DNA of 52,034 bases from a virus (taxonomy: Duplodnaviria; Caudoviricetes), in the IMG/VR virus record IMGVR_UViG_3300020530_000010, positions 1 through 52,034 of that record. One strand, 5' to 3'. The notes under the pieces are model-generated. The model did no database searches, was not told the origin of the DNA, and was given only the letters and a program-made list of their open reading frames with translations. The position numbers were made by a program, and so were the translations under genes. Below are positions 19,885 through 29,241 of the stretch, one piece after another (position 1 is the stretch's first letter; each line of letters begins with the position of its first letter).

Positions 19885-21511
19885 TGTACACCTTCTCTTT
19901 CTTGTGTTCTGCTATATACATAAGTTTCTCTAATAAGCTTAAGCCTAAAATATCAAACTTAACGTGTCCTAAAGCTTCTAGGTCTGCCATTTCTAGTCCA
20001 GCTAATTTTTCTTCCTCGTCTTTAGATTTTACCATTGGGCAAACTTTATTAAGTGGCTCTGCGGATATAACAACGCCAGCAGCATGTTTTCCTTGTGTTT
20101 TAAATGTTCCTTCAATATTAATAGCTCTCTTGAAATATTCTGCGTAATCTCCATCTAGTTCTCCATCATCATTAATATGGCAAAAGTCGTTCAATTCTTT
20201 GCTGTTATTTATTAATGCCCATCTTATAATAGAACGATCTTCATCATCCATTTCTGCTAACTGATCAGATATTTCGGCTTCATTAGGAATATATTTTGTA
20301 ATTTCATTCATCTCTGAAAAAGAACAAGCCTCATATACTCTTAATACTTCTTTAATTGCACTTCTTCCCTGCAATCTTCCAAATGTTATCATTTGGCTAA
20401 CATGTCCATGTCCATATTTTTCTTTTAAATAATCTATAACATTATCTCTTTTATTGCTTGGAACATCCATGTCAATATCTGGTAATGAAATATTATCTTT
20501 GGTGTTTCTACCATCATTATAAAATCTAGAAAACAACAAATCATATTCTAAAGGATCAATTTGTGTTATACCAAGTAAATAAGATATTAAACATCCTGCG
20601 GCACTTCCTCTTCCCGGTCCAGACATCCACCCTTGATTATTTACATACTTAATTATGTCTTGTACAATAAGAAAGTATCCGAACAAATTAGCTCGTTTAA
20701 TAACTCCAAGTTCTTCCTTAAATCTGTCTCCGTAAAGCTTTTTCTTTTCTTCTGTATCGACCTTATTGGTACCAGATAATAAATTTTTCCATCCTATTCT
20801 GCACAACTCTTTTAGATATTCTTCTTCTGAAAGATTGTTTGGGCAGTCAAATTTGGGCAACATTGGTTTATTTAATATATCATAATCTTCACATTTATTT
20901 ATTATCTCGTTTATTTCCGATATATTTCCTAGCTTAGAAACATCAGCTTCTGGCATAACATTGTATCTAGATTCTGTAAAGAATACTTTTAAATCACTAG
21001 GCAATTCATTGTTTCGTATTTGCTTATGTATTTTTGGCAAAGTTGTTTTTAGATCAGAACAAAGTAATATTCTATGTAATTCAGCGTCCTCTTCGTTAAT
21101 ATAATAACTTACCGGAGTAGCAGAAGAATATGCATATGAATCATCACCCAAAGCAGAAGATTTTTTATCTGATAAGCAAATTAAATTTCTTTTAGCAAAG
21201 ATTTGTCTACATAGCTCTGTTGGTGGATTATTATTCTCATCTAGAGAAGAAACTAATTCTATTAAATCAAGCCAGCCATGTTTATTTTTAGCAAATAATG
21301 TATAATTGTCAAAAGTACAGCCAATGATTGGCTTAATGCCAACACTTTTGCAGGCTTTAAAAAATGTAACTGCACCAGAAATGGTTTTGTAATCTGCTAT
21401 TCCACAAGCAGTATATCCATTCTGTTTGCAAAACTTAGCTAAATCTTTTGGCTTAGAAAAGCCTTTTAGTAAACTATAATGGGTATAGTTTCTTAATGGT
21501 GCCCAACTCAA
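19880..21511 (-). CDS. dnaE: DNA polymerase III alpha, N-terminal part (PHP, palm, thumb)
   Basis: THYSLLKG, YFLIVQD, GPGRGSAAG, PDIDMD, HAAGVVI, KFDILGL. Confidence 0.93.
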   Translation of the reverse strand: MSWAPLRNYTHYSLLKGFSKPKDLAKFCKQNGYTACGIADYKTISGAVTFFKACKSVGIKPIIGCTFDNYTLFAKNKHGWLDLIELVSSLDENNNPPTELCRQIFAKRNLICLSDKKSSALGDDSYAYSSATPVSYYINEEDAELHRILLCSDLKTTLPKIHKQIRNNELPSDLKVFFTESRYNVMPEADVSKLGNISEINEIINKCEDYDILNKPMLPKFDCPNNLSEEEYLKELCRIGWKNLLSGTNKVDTEEKKKLYGDRFKEELGVIKRANLFGYFLIVQDIIKYVNNQGWMSGPGRGSAAGCLISYLLGITQIDPLEYDLLFSRFYNDGRNTKDNISLPDIDMDVPSNKRDNVIDYLKEKYGHGHVSQMITFGRLQGRSAIKEVLRVYEACSFSEMNEITKYIPNEAEISDQLAEMDDEDRSIIRWALINNSKELNDFCHINDDGELDGDYAEYFKRAINIEGTFKTQGKHAAGVVISAEPLNKVCPMVKSKDEEEKLAGLEMADLEALGHVKFDILGLSLLEKLMYIAEHKKEKVYN

Positions 21512-21526
21512 TTTTTACCTCAACAA

Positions 21527-21558
21527 TAAAAAGTGTGGGAGACATTAATTCTCCCACA
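21527..21558 (-). terminator. Intrinsic terminator
   Basis: 9-bp stem TGTGGGAGA/TCTCCCACA, 7-nt loop, then CTTTTATT on the - strand. Confidence 0.7.
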
Positions 21559-21582
21559 TAATGAAAATCAAAAAACAGATAA

Positions 21583-22008
21583 TTATTCTTCTCTTATCAA
21601 ATTTACAGACAATCCAGGAACAGATGGGGCAAGTGTATCCGCAGCTACGAAATTTAAAATAGCTGGTTCGCTAACATTGCCAACATCATCCACATCAACT
21701 AGTGACAATTCTACAGAATCGCCTTGAGTAAATGATTTTTCTCCTAGATTGGTTACTTCACCACTATAAGTTTCAGTTCCAATAACAGAGCCATTTACCG
21801 TGACTGTTAATCTACGCTCAACGACATCGGCATCTACTGGTTTATCACACACTAGCTCATAAACTAATCCCATATTTGTCTCCTTTAATAATTTATATCT
21901 AAAAAATGGTTTTGATAATATTCTATTTGTAATAGAATGATAACATAAAAATAAAATACTAATTTCTAATAACAAAACTAAAAAAATGAAAAAAATTGTG
22001 TCTTTCAC
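21583..22008 (-). CDS. Small beta-rich (Ig/Fn3-like) protein with two possible in-frame starts (GTG 22008, ATG 21873)
   Basis: VDDVGNVSEPA...DTLAPSVP pattern typical of Ig/Fn3-like repeats; RBS-like sequence at both starts. Confidence 0.6.
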   Translation of the reverse strand: MKDTIFFIFLVLLLEISILFLCYHSITNRILSKPFFRYKLLKETNMGLVYELVCDKPVDADVVERRLTVTVNGSVIGTETYSGEVTNLGEKSFTQGDSVELSLVDVDDVGNVSEPAILNFVAADTLAPSVPGLSVNLIREE

Positions 22009-22031
22009 ATTTGATCCTTTTGCTCCACCTT

Positions 22032-22041
22032 ATTATACACC
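22032..22041 (-). promoter_or_regulatory. Candidate late promoter GGTGTATAAT
   Basis: Intergenic, 23 nt upstream of GTG 22008; motif recurs before other putative late genes. Confidence 0.5.
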
Positions 22042-22072
22042 AAGACAACGCCATTTACAATATGGGCTTGTA

Positions 22073-22303
22073 CTAATTTTGTTTGCTAGCTTCTTCTCTA
22101 TTTGTAAATACTTTATCCAATTTATGCACTAGGTCGCTACCGGCGTGTCTATAAAAACATGGAAATATTCCATGTATTATTAGGTACATGCCCGCCATGA
22201 CGCATTCTAATCCATGCAAAATAGCAAAATTAAAATGTTGTGAGTAGGTCATCTTATTTTCTGACAGATGACCCACCCACTTATCATATAATACTTTTAC
22301 CAC
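22073..22303 (-). CDS. DUF6356-like small membrane protein
   Basis: HL....MTYSQHF.FA...IHGIFP.F...GS pattern. Confidence 0.65.
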   Translation of the reverse strand: MVKVLYDKWVGHLSENKMTYSQHFNFAILHGLECVMAGMYLIIHGIFPCFYRHAGSDLVHKLDKVFTNREEASKQN

Positions 22304-23307
22304 GATTTACAAGCCCAGTACCTTGCCTTATATTTTGGCCCCGGATTGTCACAATTGTGTCTGGCCCTAAAACTCTTTCTGCGTTCTGGAATATTCTTCT
22401 TAATAGTCATGTTGGGATCACCGAAGTTAACCTTAACAACATTACCCTTTTCATTTTTTACATAAACACTAAATTTCTTTGGACCACTTGGTGTTCTAAA
22501 AGGTTTATTAAGAGTTACTTTTCGTCCTTGATACTCTGAGGCTTTACCAACATAAATTAACGGTCGGCCTTCTTTTTCATAAACACCGCGTCTATTGTAT
22601 GTATATAACTCCTGAGTTTCTGGATCTTTATATTGAAATTTTGATTCTGTGTCTTCCATATCATTCATATCTTCTGTGTCTAGTTCAGATGGATCTTCAA
22701 CATATTCATCTTCGTATTTTCCTGGCTCATAATATGTTACAAAATCATAAACATTTTGCACATATATTTCTGCCTTAGAAATCATATCTTTTGTCCAATC
22801 TTGAAATTCTATTTCCATAGTTTTTATCTTGGAAACAACTTCCATAAGTTGATCGTGCATTTTTTGCAATTGCTCAACTGCCATTTCGCTACCGCTATCA
22901 GATTGAGCTTTTTTAAATGATTTTGGATCTGGACGATCTGGATCGCCGGTTTTTGCTGGCTTATAGTTTTTGCCCATGCGTTCCTTTTTCTTTCTTATAT
23001 TTTCCCATAATCCAGGCTTTTCCTTTGCGCAGTCCCACTCTTCTGTTGTTTCGCCAAAATCTACATATTCTGCTTCAGCTGGTATATAGAAATTGTCTTC
23101 GCTAATTTCTTCTTCATATCCATATACTTCCATTTGCATTTGAAAATCAGCGGATTCTATACAGTCGCAACCAGCAGTGGCTTGCTGTATGCAAATAGCA
23201 ACACGCTGTTTTGAGTCTGGATAATCTTTTTTCATTGTTTCATTGCTCATGCAACGAGATACAAAACTATCTTTTTGTTCATCTTTATTTCTTTGTGGTA
23301 GTGGCAT
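22297..23307 (-). CDS. Multi-module protein, putative internal head protein with C-terminal DUF6321-like domain
   Basis: EYQGRKVTLNKP...KVNFGDP...RRKSFRARHNC...ARYWAC..W C-terminus; short modules separated by acidic linkers. Confidence 0.65.
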   Translation of the reverse strand: MPLPQRNKDEQKDSFVSRCMSNETMKKDYPDSKQRVAICIQQATAGCDCIESADFQMQMEVYGYEEEISEDNFYIPAEAEYVDFGETTEEWDCAKEKPGLWENIRKKKERMGKNYKPAKTGDPDRPDPKSFKKAQSDSGSEMAVEQLQKMHDQLMEVVSKIKTMEIEFQDWTKDMISKAEIYVQNVYDFVTYYEPGKYEDEYVEDPSELDTEDMNDMEDTESKFQYKDPETQELYTYNRRGVYEKEGRPLIYVGKASEYQGRKVTLNKPFRTPSGPKKFSVYVKNEKGNVVKVNFGDPNMTIKKNIPERRKSFRARHNCDNPGPKYKARYWACKSW

Positions 23308-23308
23308 A

Positions 23309-24166
23309 TTATTCTCCTAATATTGTTTTTTTTGCATTATTAAATATGTTATCTATACTATTTGGTGGTATTTTATCTTTGAAATAATCATAAATTCCAA
23401 CAACCATTTCGTTATTTGGATCTCTAGTAATTTCAAGCCATCCTATAAAATAATTCCATATTCTATCTTCAAGGATTAGTGGATATTTTACGCCAAGTGG
23501 CCTACCAAACCTGTGCATCCACTTAAGTTGTGGTAAACATATATTTTTTCCACCATTTCTTCTAAATTTTTCTGCTATATAACCTTCTTCTCCACCAAAA
23601 CCTTTAAAGTGTTTAGATATTCCAGGCCAATATTTTTTTTCAAATGAACAAAGCCCCATTCCTTGCATTTGTATTTCAAATGGATCTCCAGCATTATATT
23701 TTTGATGATCAGTTCCCCATGTTCCATACATATGTCCGCTCCATCCTGGATTAAAATGTGTGGAAATATTTTTACAATCATCATAAAGTAGTGGGCCTTG
23801 TATTAAATTTGGACAATCAGGATTAGCAAAATAATATTTCATTAATTCTATTAGTGCATTTTTTACTAGTAATACATGACAATCTAATATTAATATATAT
23901 TGTCCAGTGGCATGTTGAACTATTTCATATTTGTTAAAACTAGATTGTTTATCAGTTTTTTCTATATATTTCCCACGATTTCCTAGCCCGTTAATAAATT
24001 TTGCGGTTTCTTTTCCGCTGGCACTATTTGGGTTATTATCTATAATTACATATTCTACTTCGTCTGTGTCACATATATCGTGATACATCCTTAGAGCTTG
24101 AATTGTAAAATACGCTCCGTCATAATCATCAAAAACAGACATTCCAATTGTTAAAAATTTACTCAT
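23309..24166 (-). CDS. Glycosyltransferase family 2-like
   Basis: LTIGM, IIDN, LDCH, GFGGEE, WMH motifs. Confidence 0.8.
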   Translation of the reverse strand: MSKFLTIGMSVFDDYDGAYFTIQALRMYHDICDTDEVEYVIIDNNPNSASGKETAKFINGLGNRGKYIEKTDKQSSFNKYEIVQHATGQYILILDCHVLLVKNALIELMKYYFANPDCPNLIQGPLLYDDCKNISTHFNPGWSGHMYGTWGTDHQKYNAGDPFEIQMQGMGLCSFEKKYWPGISKHFKGFGGEEGYIAEKFRRNGGKNICLPQLKWMHRFGRPLGVKYPLILEDRIWNYFIGWLEITRDPNNEMVVGIYDYFKDKIPPNSIDNIFNNAKKTILGE

Positions 24167-24169
24167 ATT

Positions 24170-25192
24170 TTAACCCGGAGCTTCATAAAAGCCAATGTCA
24201 AAACCTTCTCTCTTACAGTCTGTTATGGTCTTATTTATTCCATGTTTTTGTATATAACTATCTATATATACACACATACTTTGATTTGTTTCGGGCCAAT
24301 TATTCTTGCAAAAATGGCATAATTTGGTGCATTTCCAGCTACTTCTATCATTGGATATTGGTTTTGGTGCGTTATTTGCCTGTATTTCTTGGAATCTTAC
24401 ACGCAACATCTCCAAAAACTTGTCATGATCAGATCGGTCAAAACACATAGAAAATGGACCGCCATCTTTTATAAAAAAGATAGACATAATAGCCTGTCTA
24501 TATTGAGGAAATAACTTAGAAATAGCATAATTATATAGTAATAATTGGGGGTCTGTATTTAACTTAGCATACGTTTTTTCTTCGCCAGTTGCCCAATCTA
24601 ATCTTCTTCCGGTTTTATAGTCCACTATTTCCATGGTATTTTCATCAATCTCAGTTACCAAATCTATAGTGCCTTTTATTGCTAGTTGACCATTAATAAC
24701 CTTTCCATCAATCTCATATTGGTATTTAGCCCACTCTTCTTCTATTAGAATGTCAAAATGTGGTTCTGCGGCTACTATATGTCTATTTCTAGGATCAAAT
24801 TGTCCACTATTAAATTGAATAGTATCAAAGCACATTGACAAACAGTTCTGCTTATCAGCTTTAGAAAATGTATTATGTGGAGATCTATTAGAATAATATT
24901 CAAAGCTTTTATCTAATAATGTTTTAATTATAGCATCTTTATATAAAGACGTTTTTGTAACAGAAATTTCTCCAAGGGCATCATCAATAATAGTTATATT
25001 TTTTGCTGATGTGTTATTTTGTAACTCTTTTTTCAGTGAGGCTAAAGCTTCCATGACTTTATGAACAATGGTACCTAAGTCTGCCTTTTTCCCACTCAAC
25101 GATTGATATCCTAAAACATAAGTAATAAAGTATTGCATTTCACAATACGCATAATTATTATATGATGAACTTCTTAAGTATGTTACTATCAT
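24170..25192 (-). CDS. PD-(D/E)XK exonuclease, Cas4/AddB-like with Fe-S cysteines
   Basis: N-terminal C, GTIVH, GTIDL, IVDYKTG, QLLLY, CTKLCHFC. Confidence 0.87.
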   Translation of the reverse strand: MIVTYLRSSSYNNYAYCEMQYFITYVLGYQSLSGKKADLGTIVHKVMEALASLKKELQNNTSAKNITIIDDALGEISVTKTSLYKDAIIKTLLDKSFEYYSNRSPHNTFSKADKQNCLSMCFDTIQFNSGQFDPRNRHIVAAEPHFDILIEEEWAKYQYEIDGKVINGQLAIKGTIDLVTEIDENTMEIVDYKTGRRLDWATGEEKTYAKLNTDPQLLLYNYAISKLFPQYRQAIMSIFFIKDGGPFSMCFDRSDHDKFLEMLRVRFQEIQANNAPKPISNDRSSWKCTKLCHFCKNNWPETNQSMCVYIDSYIQKHGINKTITDCKREGFDIGFYEAPG

Positions 25193-25193
25193 G

Positions 25194-25931
25194 TTAATTC
25201 CATAGTGTTTTTAGTGAATTGATTTTATTGCAAAAGTCTGCAATACTAATATTTTCATTGTCTATTACTTCGTTAAAATTAGACCAATCATAACGATCTT
25301 TGTCTAGAGCTATTTCGCTTTCATGTTGACTGTTAGCTATATTTCTAGTTAATCTAACTACTATTCCCCCATTCTTTTTTATTGCTTCAACTTCATTTGG
25401 AAACCTTACATCAGGAATAATTGCAAGCCTTGGTTGTTCAATGAGAATTCTTTTAATTGTACTATCTACCCATGCATTATTATATATTTTTCTAACTATT
25501 GTTGTGCCAAAATATTGTAAAAAATCTCTAGAAGTCATATAACCAGTTTTTCCATCAGAAAGTGGAATATTATCCCATTTAATAGTTGTTAATGTATTTT
25601 TGTCTGTGTCGCTACCATATACCTGACTCTCTGATAGATTGAATATATTAATAGATAATTCTTTTAGTATATCAGCAAAGTGATATATTTTTATATATGG
25701 CCATAATTCTTTTTCGGCATATGAAACAAATTCTTTATCTTTTCTAGTCACATCCAATATTCCATATCCAGAATTTCCACCCATATCTTTTGTGCTGATA
25801 GCCAACCTGCCATCATTATCTATATAGAATCCTTCTATCATTTCTAAATCTTTTAATACTTGGCCATTTATGTAATTGGCTGCGGTATTTTTACCCGATT
25901 GCTTTCTTCCAGAAATACCTATTATTTTCAT
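25194..25931 (-). CDS. Deoxynucleoside monophosphate kinase
   Basis: GRKQSGKNT P-loop, FADILK, RDFLQYFGT, DVRFPNE, HESE. Confidence 0.9.
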   Translation of the reverse strand: MKIIGISGRKQSGKNTAANYINGQVLKDLEMIEGFYIDNDGRLAISTKDMGGNSGYGILDVTRKDKEFVSYAEKELWPYIKIYHFADILKELSINIFNLSESQVYGSDTDKNTLTTIKWDNIPLSDGKTGYMTSRDFLQYFGTTIVRKIYNNAWVDSTIKRILIEQPRLAIIPDVRFPNEVEAIKKNGGIVVRLTRNIANSQHESEIALDKDRYDWSNFNEVIDNENISIADFCNKINSLKTLWN

Positions 25932-25932
25932 T

Positions 25933-26961
25933 TTAATATAGCCCCTTAAGATCGATTAGTACTTTGTCTTGTATATCTTTTATAGACATATCCCCAATGT
26001 CTTTTGCGTCAAATTTTGGAAAATAAATATTATGAGATCTATTAAATTGTCTTTTGATTTGTGTTTTAGCTTCTCTTCCAGCCTGATCATTGTCTGTTAA
26101 AACAATTAGATTTGTTACTGGCATTTGGTGTATTTTAGTTTCTTGTTCTTTGGATATATCTTTACCAAAAATTCCAACTGCATTATATACTCCAGCCTCA
26201 TACAGTCTCCACACATCACATTGTCCTTCTACTATAAATAATGTCGATGTTTGTTTTGCTCTTTCAAGTGCTCTATGATAATTATAAAGGTAAAATTTTT
26301 TATCAAATCCTTTTGGAAAAATTAAATACTTTGGTATTTTATATTCTTTGACAGATCGTCCTATTAACCCAACCACACTGCTACCGTCATCGCTATGAAT
26401 TATGGCTACGGCCCTATCCTTCATAGCTTGGATATCAATGTTTTCACACACATCAAAATGCGTTAGAGTTTGTTGTGCAAATCCTCTAGATAAAAAATAA
26501 GAGGAGTGTTTCCATTTATCTTTATCTAAATGTAGTAACTTTTCTTTCTCATTTCTATTATTGACTTTAAATATATTAATTACATTTATTAAGTCTTCAT
26601 ATGGATCTGGTGCTAAATGTATTGTGTTTTTAGATTTTTTAATTGAGCCATTTATTTGTAATAAGTCGCAAGACCATTTCAATACATCCCTAAATGCAAC
26701 CTCTGATCCATTTTGTTGGGATAAGACTCCACCAATTAAACCGAAGATATCACTTTTGTGATCATCTTGACAGCCCCTAGTCCAACATTTCCAATATCCA
26801 CGCTGTATAGAATATGAAAACGCTCTTGGGTTGTCGCTATTGCCATGAATCGGACAAGTTGAATAAAGATTGTCTCCCATAACATCGTATTCTATTCCTA
26901 ACTTTTGAAATACAAGTTCATAGTTTTTCTTTAATTCATTCTTGATCTGATTCAAGTCCAT
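25933..26961 (-). CDS. dnaG: DNA primase (zinc-binding + Toprim)
   Basis: CPIH...CWTRGC, IVEGQCD, DNDQAG, KDIGD. Confidence 0.88.
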   Translation of the reverse strand: MDLNQIKNELKKNYELVFQKLGIEYDVMGDNLYSTCPIHGNSDNPRAFSYSIQRGYWKCWTRGCQDDHKSDIFGLIGGVLSQQNGSEVAFRDVLKWSCDLLQINGSIKKSKNTIHLAPDPYEDLINVINIFKVNNRNEKEKLLHLDKDKWKHSSYFLSRGFAQQTLTHFDVCENIDIQAMKDRAVAIIHSDDGSSVVGLIGRSVKEYKIPKYLIFPKGFDKKFYLYNYHRALERAKQTSTLFIVEGQCDVWRLYEAGVYNAVGIFGKDISKEQETKIHQMPVTNLIVLTDNDQAGREAKTQIKRQFNRSHNIYFPKFDAKDIGDMSIKDIQDKVLIDLKGLY

Positions 26962-28399
26962 CTTTTATCCTTTTAATGTCATCATTATTGACAAGTCCTG
27001 TGTCTCCAACGGGTTGATTTTTCAATTCATTACGAGTTTTTAATTCATTTAATCTAGCATGTGATCCTTGCATTGAAATATTTATATAATTTCCGTCATC
27101 TAGACCAGAACCATGCCTAGTGACTATTGGAACAAGCTTACGATTACCAGCATTTGGGCCATCTTCAGCTAATTCTTCTGGAGACTTCATTTTAAATATT
27201 GAAAAAGATGTACATAGCCAAATCAATCTATCTGATCCGCTAACTGTATCTGTACTTTCTCTAGTAATACCATCTCTATTCAATTGTACAAATGATAAGC
27301 ATGGGATATCTAGCTTTACGCATAAATTATGCAATGATGTTATTTGAAATCCTAAAGCTTGATATTCTTGCACATTATTACTTATAGAATCAGAAGACAT
27401 TAATTTAAGATAATCATATATAATAAGACAATTGTTTGTTTTACCAGTTTCATCTGTTTTGACTTCTTGTACTATCCACCTTTTGATTGTGTTTAATATC
27501 TGCTCAAATGGTTTGCCAGCAACGCTAATATAACTATACGGCATTGATGCTAGCTTTTTAGAGGCTAACATAACTTTCTCGTATTTATCCTGATCTTCTG
27601 TAAACTTACCTGTTGCTATCTCATTAATTGGTACTCCACTAAGATTTGCTAGTATTCTATTCAAATGGTCTTCCTTTCCCATTTCTGTATCAAGCATGAG
27701 CACAGGTATGCCTTGAGAACAAACATTAACCGCCACATTGTCTGCAAAAACTGTTTTTCCAACTTTTGGCCGTGCTGCTACAAGATCTACGCATTTTCTT
27801 CTTAAACCGCCACCAATTGCCTCGTCATATCTTTTAAATCCAGTAGGTATGCCAACAACGTCACATTTATTTTCACTTAAAAAGTTTAAATAATCTTCAA
27901 TATTGTTGCCTATCTTTTCTGGATTTTTACCGCCGGTATCTTCTCTTAAAAAATCTGTAACAGGATTTTCTAGAATGTTAATGATTTCATCAATATGTTC
28001 ATTTCCACTAATGTCATCTATATCTTTAGCAATTTTTTGTGTAAGCTTTTTGATATTCCTTGCAAATTCAAACTTTTTGATTTGTGCGGCAAAACTAACA
28101 GCATTTTCCTTGTTTACTGGAAAATCAAATAAGGACTTTATATACTTTAATTCTTGTGGAGTATTTATAGTATCTAATACATTTAATTGAGAAGCAGCGG
28201 CTAATAAAGAGGCAACATCAACAGTCTGATTATTTTCTAATATTTTTTGTATGCACTTATATATAACTTGATTATTAATATTTCCAAAAGTGTCACTGGA
28301 AATAATATCTGAAACCATAATATAAGCATCCATGCCATATTGGACAAGTGCTGATAATATAGCCCGTTCAGACCCAATGTCGCTCAATTGTTTATTCAT
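26936..28399 (-). CDS. dnaB: Replicative helicase
   Basis: GIPTGF, AARPKVGKT, DTEM, YDYLKL, QLNR. Confidence 0.93.
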   Translation of the reverse strand: MNKQLSDIGSERAILSALVQYGMDAYIMVSDIISSDTFGNINNQVIYKCIQKILENNQTVDVASLLAAASQLNVLDTINTPQELKYIKSLFDFPVNKENAVSFAAQIKKFEFARNIKKLTQKIAKDIDDISGNEHIDEIINILENPVTDFLREDTGGKNPEKIGNNIEDYLNFLSENKCDVVGIPTGFKRYDEAIGGGLRRKCVDLVAARPKVGKTVFADNVAVNVCSQGIPVLMLDTEMGKEDHLNRILANLSGVPINEIATGKFTEDQDKYEKVMLASKKLASMPYSYISVAGKPFEQILNTIKRWIVQEVKTDETGKTNNCLIIYDYLKLMSSDSISNNVQEYQALGFQITSLHNLCVKLDIPCLSFVQLNRDGITRESTDTVSGSDRLIWLCTSFSIFKMKSPEELAEDGPNAGNRKLVPIVTRHGSGLDDGNYINISMQGSHARLNELKTRNELKNQPVGDTGLVNNDDIKRIKDGLESDQE

Positions 28400-28402
28400 A
28401 GA

Positions 28403-28783
28403 TTATTTCCTGCTAGCACACCTATCACACCTGTAGTATTCTCCATATACAAATCTTGGATCGGTATCAAAACTTTTACCACAAGTATGACACTTAATAG
28501 ATACCTTTTCAACCTTTTCTCTTGTTCTTGGTGTTGGCTCATATTTGGGGGTTTCAATATTTCTATCTTCTCCCGTGTCAGTCCACGTGTTTTGTTTTGC
28601 ACGAACGGGTTCTTTTCTTCGCTGATTTGGTTGAACCTTTTTGGTTTGTGCAATAAATTGATTTTTGTCTTCTTCTTTAGGCTGATTATTTATTTCTTCT
28701 ACAGCATTATTTTTAGTTAAAGCTTTTAGTAATGCAGCCTTTTGCTCATCTGTTAATGTATCTAAAAATGCATCTATGCTCAT
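28403..28783 (-). CDS. Hypothetical protein with C-terminal zinc ribbon
   Basis: CHTC...CDRC. Confidence 0.7.
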   Translation of the reverse strand: MSIDAFLDTLTDEQKAALLKALTKNNAVEEINNQPKEEDKNQFIAQTKKVQPNQRRKEPVRAKQNTWTDTGEDRNIETPKYEPTPRTREKVEKVSIKCHTCGKSFDTDPRFVYGEYYRCDRCASRK

Positions 28784-29241
28784 GACCTTTTCCCCTTTTC
28801 TAATAAAATGTCAGCTTTTCTTTTTAGTTCATATACTTTTCCATCAAGAGCTTGTAATCTAGATTCTGCTATAGATCTCATATTATCTACGGATGCGGCA
28901 AATGTATTCTCTTGTGCTAGTATGTATTTTTTAGTTTCATGCTTAGTATATTGACCAAACATTTGTTGATTTTCAGCAATAAGTCTTTCTAATTGTTCGT
29001 TGCACCAATTTAATGCTATTTTATTTCTATTAATTTCATCTTGAATATATGAAGCATACCCATATAGCATATATGCACAGTCAAATAGTTCTTGCTGTGT
29101 TAACTTTTCTACTTGTGCTTTATTTAAGTCTGCATATAATAAAAATTCTTCTTTGAATGAAGCAAACTTAGTATTTGTCTCATTTAAATATTTAGTAATA
29201 TTTTGTATGTGTTCTTGTAGTTTGTCAGAAGCTTTGTTCAA
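28780..29241 (-). CDS. Helical hypothetical protein, possibly UvsY-like recombination mediator
   Basis: 153 aa, all-helical/coiled-coil, between recA and dnaB; function inferred from context only. Confidence 0.4.
   Translation of the reverse strand: MNKASDKLQEHIQNITKYLNETNTKFASFKEEFLLYADLNKAQVEKLTQQELFDCAYMLYGYASYIQDEINRNKIALNWCNEQLERLIAENQQMFGQYTKHETKKYILAQENTFAASVDNMRSIAESRLQALDGKVYELKRKADILLEKGKRS

Noticed and set aside
19883-19892. GGTGTACAAT as a promoter for the exonuclease
   Set aside because: A transcript from it would start downstream of the only plausible start codon; better read as coding sequence plus SD
18860-19950. Split intein or group I intron joining the dnaE halves
   Set aside because: No Cys/Ser-initiated intein N block after KFDILGL, no HN-C/S/T junction at the start of DnaE-C, and overlapping genes leave no room for intron RNA
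24170-25192. CRISPR-Cas system suggested by the Cas4-like gene
   Set aside because: Solo nuclease in a replication context; no repeat-spacer array or other cas genes seen
28396-28653. 85 aa alternate-frame ORF, and similar ones at 23575, 47995 and 51567
   Set aside because: Nested in better-supported same-strand genes; no independent evidence
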